Positions 25,379-38,644 are shown, numbered from the whole stretch's first letter. The stretch: 58,784 bases of DNA, filler included, from Sphacelaria rigidula (GCA_964200075.2; 7 parts of 7 records of this genome joined end to end with filler, not necessarily neighbours in it), one strand, 5' to 3'. The notes: generated from the sequence alone by a model not told the origin. Made by a program: numbers and translations.

Positions 25379-27229
25379 TCCGTCATATACTCAATTGTTC
25401 CTCTTCGTCGGGACGAGTATATAGCCTCAAGGACTTATCGGGCGGTCTCCTGATCTATCAACACAGCGGACATTGAAACGACAATATTCACATGATTACT
25501 ACCGCGCACTCATATCTCCGCCTCATGCTGCCGGCAGAAAGGACTACCGTAGACAGCTAAACATTCACGACGCAAACAGGCGACCGATAGGACGACGATG
25601 ATACACGGAAGGTTGACTCTCAATACTGCACGAGGCAGGCGTTGTTAGCTTCTCGCAGTGTATTTTCGTGTCTGCAATACTATAGAGTAGGTCGATTCTG
25701 GAGCTTGATGCACATCCCTAGTAAGCCGGCAGCGGAGCACACCCGTTTTGCCCATACCATCCATATCCTACTCATTTTCATATCCATATATGTGTGGAGG
25801 CTATCATCGCATATGTGCGGAGTGATTACTTCTGTGACATGGCCGTTACAGAATCAGGTGGAACTATGGAGTGTTCGAGAGACCCCAAACTCCCATGTCT
25901 GTACAGCCGAGTTCTAGGGCCCTAGGCCACAGGATCTCGTCGGTGGAAGGGTTCAACATATCAAGAGTCACCGCCGAGCCCTGGAAGTCACAAGCCACTC
26001 TGTACACGGAGGAGGTCGGCTCAGCAGCCTACCACCCGACCACGGTCAATCCTTGCTTCAAAGTCAAGGAATAAAGTCACACCTCACCTTGCGCACCACA
26101 CCGCTCCACATACGAGGTGCTTTATATCGTGTGATCTTACGATGCTTCGTCTGTGCCGCGTATGAAAGTTTTTTTTTTGCGGGGTGCAAATCCTATCTCA
26201 TCGGGAGGTCTTCACAAAGGCCTTGGACTATCTAGCATCAAGTCCCACTGATGGTAAGAACGACCTATTTTTTTCATATTTTCCTCCCCGGAAAAATAGG
26301 CGAACTATCGCCATTTTCGGGCCAGCTGTTTTATTTTCGGCCGTCGGCTCATGCAAGGTAATGCGCAAACAAACAAAATATGGAACTCGAAAAATGACGA
26401 AGATTTCAATCAAATTTCCGCCTGAGGCACGGGCACGTTCAAGGGTCCGTATAAGCGCAAAATAATTTACTCATGACATCAAGGGAGTATATATATTTCA
26501 CACGTCGGACAGATCAGCTCGTGACAGATCTGGGTCAGCTCATTAGAGGTATAGATTGTGATCTGTCCGCGGTGTGCTGTCACGCGTGCACGTTTGTCCG
26601 GTGGTGATCTGTAGGGCCCGCGTGACCCGTACATATTTGCCGGCCGACGATCTGTAGGACCAGCTTCACACACACACACTTTCGAGCACAACTGGTCTGC
26701 AGAACTGTGTCATCTGTACAACATCACATGATTGTCATTTATATAACTTGGCTCAGGCAAGCACCGCAGCTTGACGTCGACCCGCGCGATTTGAATCTCC
26801 TGTATACCAAAAGCTACCCCTCACCCGTGGAACCCCAAAGCTAGTATACAATAAACAGTTTCCCGCACCCATAAGATCCGGATCAAGTGTACAAGGAACA
26901 GTATTAAATATTTACCTTCACCTGCTAACCTGTATGGCCCGGGTACAATGCATGTTGACGAGTACGTAGGTTGACTGTACCAGCAGTCACATGGAACATG
27001 AGGTATGTATATGTATATTTATTCCGAGTCGTTCCACGGTAGGAGTGCACATTTTTTCTGAAGGTATGCACTGTCGGAGCACCCCTTGCAAATATACAGT
27101 AAACGGTATTCTGTGTTTCTCGCCTACTAATTTTCATGGCCCGGGTACAATGTGCATGTTCACAAGTCCGTAGGTTGCAGGTTGACTGTAACAGCCCGGC
27201 ATATGGGACATGACGTACGTATATTTATT

Positions 27230-27458
27230 GACACTTATCATCACATATCAGAATTTTGTGGCATGGGAAAAGTTAAGCGTCGGGTCAGCCTAGCACTACG
27301 GTTGGGGACCACGTGGGGAGCCCTGATTTGACCACTTTCACTTCGTGTGTTCACTTTGAACAGGGTCCCCTACGTCGCTCTCCACCGAAGTACTAGCCTG
27401 GACCGACGCTTAACTTTTCGCATGTAACAAATCCTGACATATTACGATGAGCGCCCTG
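27230..27458. mobile_element. hAT-like fold-back MITE with 5S rRNA-derived segments in both arms
   Basis: Arms ~27230-27325 and ~27361-27458 are inverted. The left arm contains AAGTTAAGCG..CTAGCACTACGGTTGGGGACCACGTGGGGAGCCCTG (5S box A/IE/box C). The right terminus reads CAGGG. Flanks are TATTTATT and AATTTATT. The empty site is visible in the neighbouring tandem duplicate. Confidence 0.72.
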
Positions 27459-30277
27459 AATTTATTTCGAGTCGTTCCACGCGCACATTTTGTTCTGAAG
27501 CTGTGCACTCACAGGAAACTTTGACCTGCTCGCATACTCAACGCAGTGTGTATCTGTGGACGAAACGGTACGTGTCATGATCCTGAGGAGCGAGGTCATC
27601 TCGCAAAACGCCCACCGTTTCGCTGACTGCAACACCCACTCAGTTCACACTCAAATAGTATCTGCAGCAGCGGCCTCTAAGCATGAGCATTGACTACCGT
27701 CAGCCACCTTTTTGTGCAACAATGTCAGCAACAGTAGGAGGCCAGCCCGATGTCCTTGTAGTGGCACTTCTTCACTCCAGTAGCAGTAGCAGTAGTGGTG
27801 AAGAATAGTGGTTGTGATTTATGTAGATGACACGTATGGTCAGTTGTGCCAGCGGCAGTAAGGACGACTGTTTTCGTATTTCCTCGTTCAGGGTGCACAC
27901 TCAAGCGTGGCGGGAAAAGGAAGAAACATGATACAGCTATGTGCTCAATTGACTCATCATAACGTTGTTCGACCAGCGTCTGGCGAAAAATTCCGGAGAA
28001 GAGTCGTCGACGTGTACATTGCCGGCGTTTATGACGCACGGGTACCTCCCGTAAGCGTGCTCGACAATCAGCCGTATAACCCTTGCAATTTGTGATTGAT
28101 CTGTATCCGCATGATCCGTTCAACTGATGCACACTTTCCGTGTGGTGCACATTTTCCGTGTGGTGACCTGTAGAACCCGGTTGCTCTGCACACACGGCCT
28201 AATGAATGATCTATCTGGTCCATGTGATTCGTACAAGTCTGCCTGATGGTGATCTGTATGATTCGAGTATTCGTACAAGCCTGCCATAATAGGTGATTTG
28301 TATAATCTGTTCATCCGTACATCACCTCCTTGGGCACACCTGTGTAATCCGAATCAAGTGTACTCGAGACGTCACCAACAACCTGTGTAGTGTATCCTCA
28401 TAACTCGTACAAAATACCTCCCTCGTGGTAGATGATACCCGGAACACGATGAACGTTCCATGACTGGTTGAACTGTGTCATTCGAATCGTGTACACTAAT
28501 GTGTTCAAATTCCACCTGTATGACCTAGGTCCCATAGAAAATGACATGTCCGACGTGTGATACTTGTGCCGATACATTAGACCAGGTCCATTTTCAACCC
28601 CAAAGGCATCCCTACCGCACATTGTTTTCAGCTGAATCACGGCATTTTGTACCATTCAGGCAAGGTGAATGATGAACGACGTTTTCGTAAGTGTGGCTTG
28701 GCAGCATGCCTCCTGCCTTAGCTCAGTTCCTCGGCGAAGGCTTTGGAAATGTTGAGTCAAACTAGACTGTGGCTGTGCAGCACATGCGCATATTATATAC
28801 ACACACATACTTCGTATACATAGTATATATTTATATATATATATAATATTTCGAACTCACGAGCGTCAAGTATACTTTGTAACAAGGCGTCCACGAGATT
28901 CAATGCTGATTTTGGTGCGCAAGTTCCTCCGCACCCGCCCCGAGAGATGACTGTTCGGGTCAATACCAATGCCAGGGGTCCGGTTAGCAGATTCGTACTT
29001 TACTGTGTGCGGGGGTACACATGCGTTCGCGACCGTTCGAACGGACGCGCGATCGCGGTGGTCCTGCAATGTTTCCGGCGGGCATGAACATTTCGAGAGA
29101 AGATCTATTCTCACGAGGGCTTGGCAAGGCAAGAATACCGAGACCCTCGAAAAACGCGGACGGGACCGGGGCGCAGCCCCGGGTCCCGTACGGCTGGTGT
29201 GTGTGTGTGTGTGTATAGCGGTCAGATGAGTTCCAATATATCATAACTACGCAGAGCTGTCTATAAAGATATATATCGCTATTCTGCTCCAAGGGATCCG
29301 CGCAAACTCATCGGTGATGCACCATTTGACCGCGGCGGGCCCCCTAAGCCTTAATAAAGAGGGTGCGTACGTGTTGAAGTCTTCCGAGGAAAACGAGTAG
29401 CACGAAGTACGATTACTGCTTCTCAGAGAGGGCCCGCAAGGCATTTAATAGGCACCATAGGCTCGAAGGTACATATTCGGCGGCGAACAGCCAGGAGGAG
29501 GGGGGGGGGACCACGCTCGCTAGGGTGTTTTCATCCGTCCTCTCGCAGAAATTCTGAGATACCATTTGCTGTGCCTGTTGTTTGAATTCGTTCGTGATAC
29601 AGCTGTTCTTTTCTCTTCTTCTGTCCCCACCTTCTCTTTCCTTGGGTATCACTGCGTCTACTGGATACGTATACTGCGACAATCTCCTCATGACTTCCAC
29701 CTGACTTAATGGTATGCCGTTGCTCGGGTGTTCCCCCCCTTTGTCGTGCTGATGACTGCTAGTTCTTTGTGTGGGGAAATAGGGGAAATACCCACCTGCA
29801 GCTCACCACTGCTTTTGGGACACGAACCTGCTCAGCCTTTCGGGTGTTCCCAAATCCGCCGGCGTAACCCGGCGGTGGCATGACGTTGGTCTTTGTTCCT
29901 TTTACCAATGGAGTTGCGTTTACACTGAATCATGAACCAATTTCCACTCAAGTCGTAGCGCGCGTCCGACACGTATGTATGCGTCTTGCAGGCCGTGTTT
30001 TGCGGGATCCTAAAGACAAAGCGTTTCGAAGCCCTGACAACCAAACGCTACTTCCCAGCCATCATCTTTGTGAGGTGAGCACAGCCAACATCGTCTCCGG
30101 TACTTCTTGACAGGCCCGGCACTACCATTACCAGTACAGGATAAGGGATGGTACGAGAGAAGTGGAACGAACCGGGATTCAAATAACAGTCATACGAGGG
30201 GGGTCACCGCCGTGGGCTGTGTAGAATCCGTGACTTGAGTTGGTGTTGTGCCATGAATAATCTTGTACAACATATTG

Positions 30278-32724
30278 GTGAGATTAGGAATGAATTCTCG
30301 TTTTCGAAACGGGTCCGGAAACGATTTGGGGCATATGGCCGTCGATCATTTTCAGGAAGGTAAGTTGAAGACGTGTGCTTGTTTCTTCACGAAGAGCTTG
30401 CGAACAGAAGAGGGAAAGATTATCTCGTTTCAACGGCGATTCGGATAAGCGGCGGTGCCAAACCAAGAGAGAGAGGCGGTGACTTTTTCTCTCTTTGTAT
30501 CCTACACTAGAGACCTCTTTTTGCTGTCACCCGTCAGCATTGGGGCGTAGGGCACAAGGGGCAGGCTGCTAGCACAACACGTCCTGTACAACCGCAGGTA
30601 GATGTGCCCTAAATTATCCGTATCCTTCTCCAACATGCACAATGACCTGCAGAGATCGGGATCTTTATACACAATCGTTCAAGGGCAAGTCGGGTCAGTA
30701 GGGCTGTGCTCCTAGCGTGCGCAAAACGCGCTTTTGTTGACATCGGCGCCTGTGGCAACAGCGATTACCAAATGGTCGGAATCAATGGTTGTTGCTTGAT
30801 TTATAATGAACACCGATATTCGGGTCCTGAGAGGGGCTGATAGTGCCCAAGTGCTCCTAGCTCGTCCAAAACGTGTTTTTGTCCGAAATCGGCGCCTACG
30901 GCGGCGATTCGAGGTCTGCCAACGCACACTTTACCTGGAAACTCTCTGCACCCCCCGTGCCCGAGGGTTCTCTTATGCCTTAGTCGGGCTTGGGCTTCGG
31001 GTTAGCGTGAGGCTTGTCGGTATCTCATATATGATATCAACCACTATTTCCAACCATTTAGTACAGTACACAGCGCTCGCCTGCGCCGCCGATTTGAGGT
31101 CTCGTAACGCACACCTTGCCTGAGAAGCACTTTGCACCTCCCTCGCCCGAGGATTCTTGACATGCCTTCGTTGGGGTGAGGGTGAGAGTTAGAGTTATTC
31201 GAAGTAATACTTTCTCGAGGAAATCATCACCCCTACCAAGTGGTAAACTAACTTTGGTCGGGTAGGATATGCTCGATATTTTGGTATTTGATACGTCGGA
31301 CATGCCAGACAGACGGTTATCCTTCACTTGGACGAGCTCGTACAGGGACACACCCTATGCTCGGTACGCTCACACCGCACGTTCCTGCAGTGGTAGTACT
31401 ACTGTCTTGTACACTTGCAGTGTCCTCTGTACTGACCTTTTGTTGTACGTTACTCCACTGTGTTGTGCTGTAGTGTAGTGTAGTGTAGTGTACGGCATTT
31501 ACTGGCGTTGGAAATTTGTGTTTTTCAATTATTCAGCTGTAATACACCTCTCTCCCGGTCTGTTTCGGTTTCCGAAGTGATCACTATCAGCTGACCAATC
31601 AAACAGACCGTTGTACTGTATGTCGAACTCAGTCTTGAAAAAACGATCGTTGGACTTGTGAGCCCAAACACTTGATGCGAAAACTGAGCCACCTGTGTTC
31701 GCCGGTAACCGAAACAGCACGAGGGGAAAAATATTTGCTCAGAGTAGACTGCATGGTAGTCAATTGATTGCAGAAAGTTTCGAGATCTTATTCGCTCCAC
31801 ATCAAAAAGCAGTAAGTGCTCATAACTGAAATCCTAGGAACAACAACGATTCAAATATATTGTGAAAGCTCTCCCGCAAAGAAGCGCTTTTCGAAAAATC
31901 TGGCAAGTAGTTAGGGTAGAGCTCGGAAATGGTACCAGGTATAACTGGCCATTATCGTTATAATGGTGATAGTGGTAGAGGTTGTATGATTTTTTGGATA
32001 ATGGTTTCAAACCATTATTTACCGTTACCGGCTTTATAAGCCGTTACCGGCTACGTGTGCTATACACAGCCCTTGAAAATTGGCCCACATTTGACGTATT
32101 TTTTAGCTCTGGTGAAACCAAATCGACTAAAAACGTGCCCCCGGCACGGCGTCTCCAGTGGGGCCCCCTCTGCCGGGGGTATACTTATGATGCCGGGGGG
32201 GGGGGCTCTTTGGCTCGCGGCTGCGCCGCTCGATAACCAAACCATTACGTACCATTCAACTGGTTAATGGTTAGACAAACCATTTCCGAGCTCCAAGTTA
32301 GGGTGTACTCGTACCCCATGCTAATAACTGCGGATCTCGACCTGTATAGATCATTGTGCAAGGTTAAGGGAGGTACGGATGATTTGTGGCGCATCTACCC
32401 GCGGTTGTACAGAACACGTTGTGCCAGCAATCTGCCCCGTGTGCCCCACGCCCCAATATTGGCTGATGACAACACGCAGAGGCCTCTAGTTTAGGATACA
32501 AAGAGAGAAAAAGTCACCATCTCTCTCTATCTCTCTTGGTTTGGCACCGTCGCTAATCCCAATCGCCGTTGGAACGAAATCATCTCTCTCTTCTGTTCGC
32601 AAGCTTTTAGTGAAGAAAAAAAGCAGGCACACGTCTTGAACCTACCTTCCTGAAATTGTTCGACGGCCGTATGCCTCAAATCGTTTCCGGGCCCGCTCCG
32701 AAACGAGAACTCGTTCCTGATTTC
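30278..32724. mobile_element. ~2.45-kb non-autonomous element with ~410-bp terminal inverted repeats
   Basis: 30278-30690 is the reverse complement of ~32320-32724. No intact ORF inside. Confidence 0.75.
31917..32295. mobile_element. hAT-type MITE nested in the long-TIR element
   Basis: TIRs TAGAGCTCGGAAATGGT / ACCATTTCCGAGCTCCA. Perfect 8-bp target duplication AGTTAGGG (31909-31916, 32296-32303). Confidence 0.85.
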
Positions 32725-33861
32725 ACGCACATGTTATCTTGTATATACAAATACGGCGAACAAATCCACGAATATAGCAATAAAGTGACGCCTGGTTGGA
32801 GCAGTACTGCAAATTAAATGTCAAGTATCATCCTCTCGGCCGTGTGTTTTCATATTAATACCTCAATGTACGTTTATTAAAATAATTGCACTCACATAGA
32901 TACTGTTGCGCATGGAACTCTCCACGATAAGTCGCTCGCAGAGAAGACAACCAAGGCAAACAATTCAAGATGTGAATAAACGGTCCATGAGTAGGATGAT
33001 GACGATACTGAGAAGTGATGTGATAATACTGCACGAGCTAGGCGTTAGCGTTTTGCGGAATATTCTTTTCTGTTATTCAACATATACGTATGTATATATA
33101 TATATATATATATATGCTCGTGTACGAGGTGAACGAGATCGACACGTTTTACACGAGGTCGTGAAGCCACCGCACCCCGGTGGTCTAAATTAAAGTCAAA
33201 CGACTGAAATCAGGTGGGGCGGAAGAACGCGAATGCGAATCCCGGCAAACGCCTTATTTTGCCCCTCTCAGAGGAATCTGCTGTCAGCCATTGAAACATG
33301 AGGACGTGAGTTACAAAGCACCTTGTTCGACGACAGTCGACTGGGTGCGGTCGTGCTGTGCTGATCTAATATGCGACACCAAAATGTGTGGCGCGTACCG
33401 ATGGAGAGATGGATTGATCCCTCAAGACCACGGATTCGTCCAGAGGGGGGCGCACGCGACGGGGGGGGGGGGGGGGGGGGGGGGTGAAAAAAAAGGGCAC
33501 TCCCCATGGGGGGGAGACGGAATCCCTGTGGAACAGGGGGGCCGCCTGTNNNNNNNNNNNNNNNNNNNNNNNNNNNNNNNNNNNNNNNNNNNNTTAATTA
33601 ATTAANNNNNNNNNNNNNNNNNNNNNNNNNNNNNNNNNNNNNNNNNNNNTGTTGCTTGCCTTAGTCGTTCGACCATTGACCACGCATCCCTTTCGAGACG
33701 GAGCACGGGTAGGGGGGGGGGAGAGATACAACAGGGTACGTCTACTTAGGAGGCATGGCTCCATCGAGATGTCTGATGCGACCCTCAAGAAGTCCAACGC
33801 GTCGACGCAGCAGACTCTTGTCATCGTCGACCTACCCGCACTATTACTATTACTATTGCTA

Positions 33862-35094
33862 TTGCTATTGCTACCAGCTCGGCCAGCCAATAGTAGGTGC
33901 GAATCTTGCTGAAGCGACGCACGGCGTGATATTAGGAGTTCGACGTTGAAATTTTCGCAGCAGCTTTTTATGACCGACATGCAGAACATCACGTGATCAG
34001 AAAAGTAAAAAATATAACACGAGGAAGTCGTGGGGATTCGAAATTTGAGCAAAAACAAGATAATGTCATGATTCCAGGAAAAAAATCAGAATCTGCAGCT
34101 GCTCACGTGATGTATCATTTCCTTGGATGCAGAAGGTCTTCCTGAAATTTCCAGTGGTTGAACAGTTTTGTAGGGACGTATGTCTTGCCTTACTAGTGAG
34201 CGATTGAAAACCTCAGGACTTGGCGTTTTACGTGTATCAGTACATTCAGAACATTTACGATGGGAAGGTCTCGATGAAGGAAGTGAGTGCTGAGGTAAAG
34301 GTAAATGGCAAGCCAACTGGGAAGTACAAGGCGGAAAACAGGAGATTCATAATAGTTGAGGACGAGAGTGGAAGATCAAGGCTGGCCAGACCCGATCTGG
34401 ATCACGTAGTTGGAGCTGTGGCTTCCTCCGTGAACAAAGCGTACTAACTTCTGCTGGCTTCCCAGATGTTACAACTCTAGTGGAGCAACGAGAGTTGTAA
34501 CATCTGGGAAGTCTAGAACGCTTTGTTCACGGAGGAAGCCACAGCTCTAACTACGTGATCCAGATCGGGTCTGGGCAGCCTTCATCCTCCACTCTCGTCC
34601 TCAACTATTTTGACACTCCTGTTCTCCGCCTTGTACTTCCCAGTTGGCTTGCCATTTACCTTTACCTCAGCACTTCCTTCCTTCATCGAGACCTTCCCAT
34701 CGTAAATGTTCTGAATGTACTGATACACATGAAACGCCATGTCCTGAGGTTTTCAATCGTTCACCAGTAAGGCAAGACATACGTCCCTACAAAACTGTCT
34801 GACCACTATAACTCTTACTATTGCTACAAGCTGGGCCAGCCAAGAGTAGGTGCGAATCTTGCTCAAGCGACGCGCGGCGTGATATTAGGAGTTTGGCGCT
34901 GAAATTTTGATAGCAGCTTTTTATGACCGATATGCAGAACATCACGTGAGCGGAAAAGGAAAAAAAAAAAACACGAGGAAGTTGTGGGGGTTCAAAATTT
35001 CAGCAAGAACAAGATAATGTCATGAGTCCAAGATGAGAATCTGCAGCTGTTCACGTGATGTATCAGTTCCTTGGATGCAGAAGGTCTTCCTGAA
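33862..35094. repeat. Two ~280-bp direct repeats flanking a long hairpin
   Basis: 33862-34146 and 34817-35094 align throughout, from GCTAC.AGCT.GGCCAGCCAA to GCAGAAGGTCTTCCTGAA. Confidence 0.85.
34153..34807. repeat. 655-bp near-perfect inverted repeat (12-nt loop at 34479-34490); candidate hairpin-RNA locus
   Basis: Arms 34153-34478 and 34491-34807 are reverse complements with scattered mismatches and a small indel near 34443-34457. Confidence 0.93.
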
Positions 35095-35109
35095 TGTCAG
35101 CTCAAGGGT

Positions 35110-35262
35110 CATCGAATTGGGCCGTGCGTGCAACATTTACGTGACGCTGCTGCACCCCTACAATTCAAGTGATTGGAGACTCCAATTATGGAGGTCACGA
35201 GTTCGAATCCCGACATATATGTATATTTTTTGCTGACCGTCGTTGAGATCATACATTATGCA
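35110..35262 (+). repeat. Repeat with tRNA-like head
   Basis: Box B-like GAGTTCGAATCC at ~35199-35210. Inverted homologue at ~47526-47672. Confidence 0.5.
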
Positions 35263-35437
35263 GCACATTTTTTTTCAATATTTTTTTTTGTTTAGCGGCG
35301 GTGCTGTATGTCACCAGGTTGGTCTCCACTTCACAGTGACATGCGTACATTGGATTCATCCGGGAAACTGGGGAAACTGTGGTATGGGCAACTGTTACTA
35401 CGAGCTGGACCGCCCATGAAGCCACCAGTAATGTTAG

Positions 35438-35728
35438 AGCGCGTTTTCTTCGCTCAATTTTGGATTGTTTTCGACGAAATTTTGACACGATGTACGGGAC
35501 GTACGTGCGAATACCTAACATTTCCCCCTATAATGTATACATGTGTATATTTTTCGTGAGTTATTGGCAATTTTGTTCCGAGAAAGTGTTCTGAAATGTC
35601 CCGTCACCAATAACTCACGGAGGAAAAAAACATAAGGGGAAAGGTTTGGTATTCGCACATAAGTTGTCCTGTACATTGTGTCAAAATTTCATCGAAAACA
35701 ATTCAAAATTGAACGAAGAAAATGCGTC
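35438..35728. mobile_element. ~290-bp fold-back (MITE-like)
   Basis: GCGTTTTCTTCGCTCAATTTTGG...CGTGAGTTATTGG is inverted at CCAATAACTCACGG...AAAATTGAACGAAGAAAATGCG. Confidence 0.7.
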
Positions 35729-36329
35729 ATTTCGTCGACAACCCTAACCGTGGCGACTTGGATCACGCTATCAATCGGAGCCAGAACAACCAACGCAGAA
35801 TACAGTCAGTAACACAACAGTAACATGATGTCGCACTCTCTCTCATCTCCCACCACCTGTCGCGTGGTCGAGTCTGCGTGACTTCCCACTGCCAGCTCTG
35901 ACGTAAAAATATGCCCTGTGTCGATTATTTCAAAGCTCACAATTTCATGCTCGCTTACTTCCCATCCATGTTTGTATGATACACACCTATATTATCGAAT
36001 AAAAATAAGAGAGGAGACGCTGAGAAAACAGATGAGAAATAGCCTCCGCAGAGTTCATCGTGATGAAGAAAAAAAACTAGAGCTCTTCAGATAAGCTGGG
36101 AGCCATAGCGAGAAAAAGAGAAAGACAGGAAAGGACAGGTGACAAAAGGGGACTAGCATGGCTATCAAGCGAGGGTCAACTCAACAAACAGACATCCTTA
36201 TGGACAACTGCTGAAGCTATTCGGGAAGGCAGCAGATGCACTAGTGAGTATACTACGCGATGGGCTACTGGTTACTTTCCGGAGGTCCTCGGTAGGTACT
36301 TGGGGAACTCTAGCGGTACAACAGCGAAC

Positions 36330-37500
36330 AGTTCCCTAGCATGGAGTTGTTTGGCCCAGGCTGCCATGTACATGTTGGCCCCCTGCTCCACGACTCGGGA
36401 CCATTCGGACACATCTTGGGCAACCGGCGTCCACGATGTCGCGTTTATTCTGAAGGAAGAATAGTTTTCCCGTGACAGTGCTGTAGGCGTTTTGCTGGTC
36501 GGCCTGCCTCCGTCTTCCCTCCGACCATCACCTCACGCATGGCAATGTTGGGGAGGCGTTCATCGTGCATGCGCACAACACGGCGGGCGTGCAGGAGGAT
36601 TCGTAGCATCACGGTGGCCTTGATCGACACGCAGCTAGTTCTTTCGCGGACCTCGTAGTATGGCGGCATTTATTAGTTGGGGGTGGTGCGGTTCAATGTA
36701 TGCCCGTTGAGGCACCTCGGTAAGAAGCCGCGATGGGCCTCCCGAAACGCGCCGAAATTGTCGTGAGCGATCTCCCAGGCCACGCGTCCGTATAGCATTA
36801 CCTCGATCACTTCAGTCTTCAGGAGACCAGCCTTGGTGGCCAGGGCGATATACGAGTTGTTGTATACCGCTCGGCTGTACTTGTGGAAGCACGTCTAGGC
36901 CTAGCCAATGCGGCTGTGGATCCCAGCAGTGACATCGCAGATGCTGCTGATTTTCCCGCCAAGGTAAAGGGAACTGAACGCTCAGCTTTCTTGTATCTTT
37001 GGCCCGCCGCCTCCACCTTGACCACATGAGGCTCCATCTTCGAGGAACGCATGTGCATGGTGACTGCTGTCTTCTTTTCCGCCACGACGAGGCCGAATGC
37101 CGCACACACTTCGATGATGGCCGTCATCATCTTTGCCAGAATTACTTGAGACTGCGAGGCGATGCCAGCCTTGTCGGTGTATAGCATAACCCGAAGCATT
37201 TCGCTGAGTTCGTCCCTGGTCTTCCCGCCCCTTCCAGCAATGCGGATGAAATCCTGCGCCACCGCTTTATTGGTCAAGAAGCGGTCGAACGTCACCGTCA
37301 GCCCCGCCGCGAAAAATGTGTTGACCAATCCGGAGGAAAACACGCAGCCCTGGCCGAGGCCCTGGTTAACGTAAAATCATCAGATGTCTCGCCGCCGTCA
37401 AGGCACACGCATGCTGGCATGCCGTCGTGGAACTGGCGGATGATGGGAGTCATCTTGGCGGAGATTCCGTTGCGTGCTAGAACTTCCCAGAGAAGAGCAT
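36330..37500 (-). mobile_element. Degenerate, 5'-truncated non-LTR retrotransposon (RTE-like) reverse transcriptase
   Basis: Minus-strand pieces LWEVLARNGI..IIRQFHDGM, VNQGLGQGCVFS..LVNTFF (GxxQG motif), MLYTDKAGI (decayed YADD), FGLVVAEKKT and VVRMHDERLP..GRP. Frameshifts present. Confidence 0.85.
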
Positions 37501-38454
37501 AAGCCAGAGGAAGCGACGAACGGCAGATTGCTCCCTGGGGCTAAAAGGAGAAGCCGCGTCAACGGAGAATGTTTTCACGAATGGCAGCGCCAATTACCTC
37601 AGGGAATTTGTCGGGCACAGTTGGCTTTTTCGTGCTGCCACCAGGTCATCGTGGACTTCGATAGCCGTACACATCACACAACGCACGATAAAACTAACGC
37701 TTTGGTGTTTGTAGACAAGAACGGGGTATGTATCGTAGGGTACAGGGCATTGAACAGCAAACAAAGCGCGTGATCAGGACAGAGGAAGCACATCAGCCAC
37801 AGCCGAAGTATCGTGTGGATACAAACTGAACGCGAACGTAGATCTACAATAGTACATACTAACCCTTCCTCTCGGCGCGAAGAACTACCAATCGCCATGA
37901 TGGATGACACCCATTTTCCACTCGTCATCTTTGTTCGTGCTCGCTCAATGTTGTGGTTGTTCGTCGAGATGTGTCATGGCGCTAGACGTCCGTTTGCTCG
38001 TGATCTTAATCATTCGTTTGTTGCGGCATTCCTCGCCCGTCTGGCTAAAAAAAAACTGGCCCCTCTCGATCGACTCCCCCTTCTGATCATCAGTCCATTC
38101 TTGCTCCCTCTTTGGTGCCCAACCTCACGCCCCCAAAAATCAAAAACCCCGGGTCTTCGGCTGTTCGGGCGTGCGACAAAAAAAACTTCGCTCGGGGTGC
38201 AGTTGTTGATGGTTATTTGCACTGGAGTCGGCAAGTCATCTGGAAACTTCAGCCTTGCTGCCTTGCCGTGCGAACCACCTCTCTGCTCGTGGTCATTGGG
38301 GCAAGCACAGCAGGTGGTGCTGCCCCTGCACCCTCAGATGGTGTTTGTGTACAGTCGACACTCCTGAAATGGGATGTGATGGAGCTGTGGTGCTGTTCGT
38401 TGATGGCATCGGTGGATCACGCCGCGTTCGGGTCTTCGGCATGATGCAATGTAC

Positions 38455-38644
38455 GCAGGTCGAGAATACTCAATTACGGGGTATTTTGAAACTCGTACTT
38501 GAAGTACACAAATTGGGGGTAGGGTTTCAGGGATCGCTTTCCAGTTATTTTTTGGGTACGTCTCCCAACACTCTACACTAATTTGAGTACCCCAAGTACA
38601 TCTTTCGAAATAACCCGTAAGTGAGTATACTCTACTCGACCTGC
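38455..38644. mobile_element. Small fold-back/MITE
   Basis: GCAGGTCGAG..TACTCAATTACGGG..GTACTTGAAGTAC is inverted at GTACCCCAAGTAC..CCCGTAAGTGAGTA..CTCGACCTGC. Confidence 0.55.

Noticed and set aside
27270-27325. Functional 5S rRNA gene
   Set aside because: Only the 3' half is present, it is diverged, and it sits inside an inverted-repeat insertion.
34220-34447. Stand-alone 75-aa gene
   Set aside because: It has a non-ATG start and lies in one hairpin arm, and the mirror copy has an internal stop. Treated as captured sequence.
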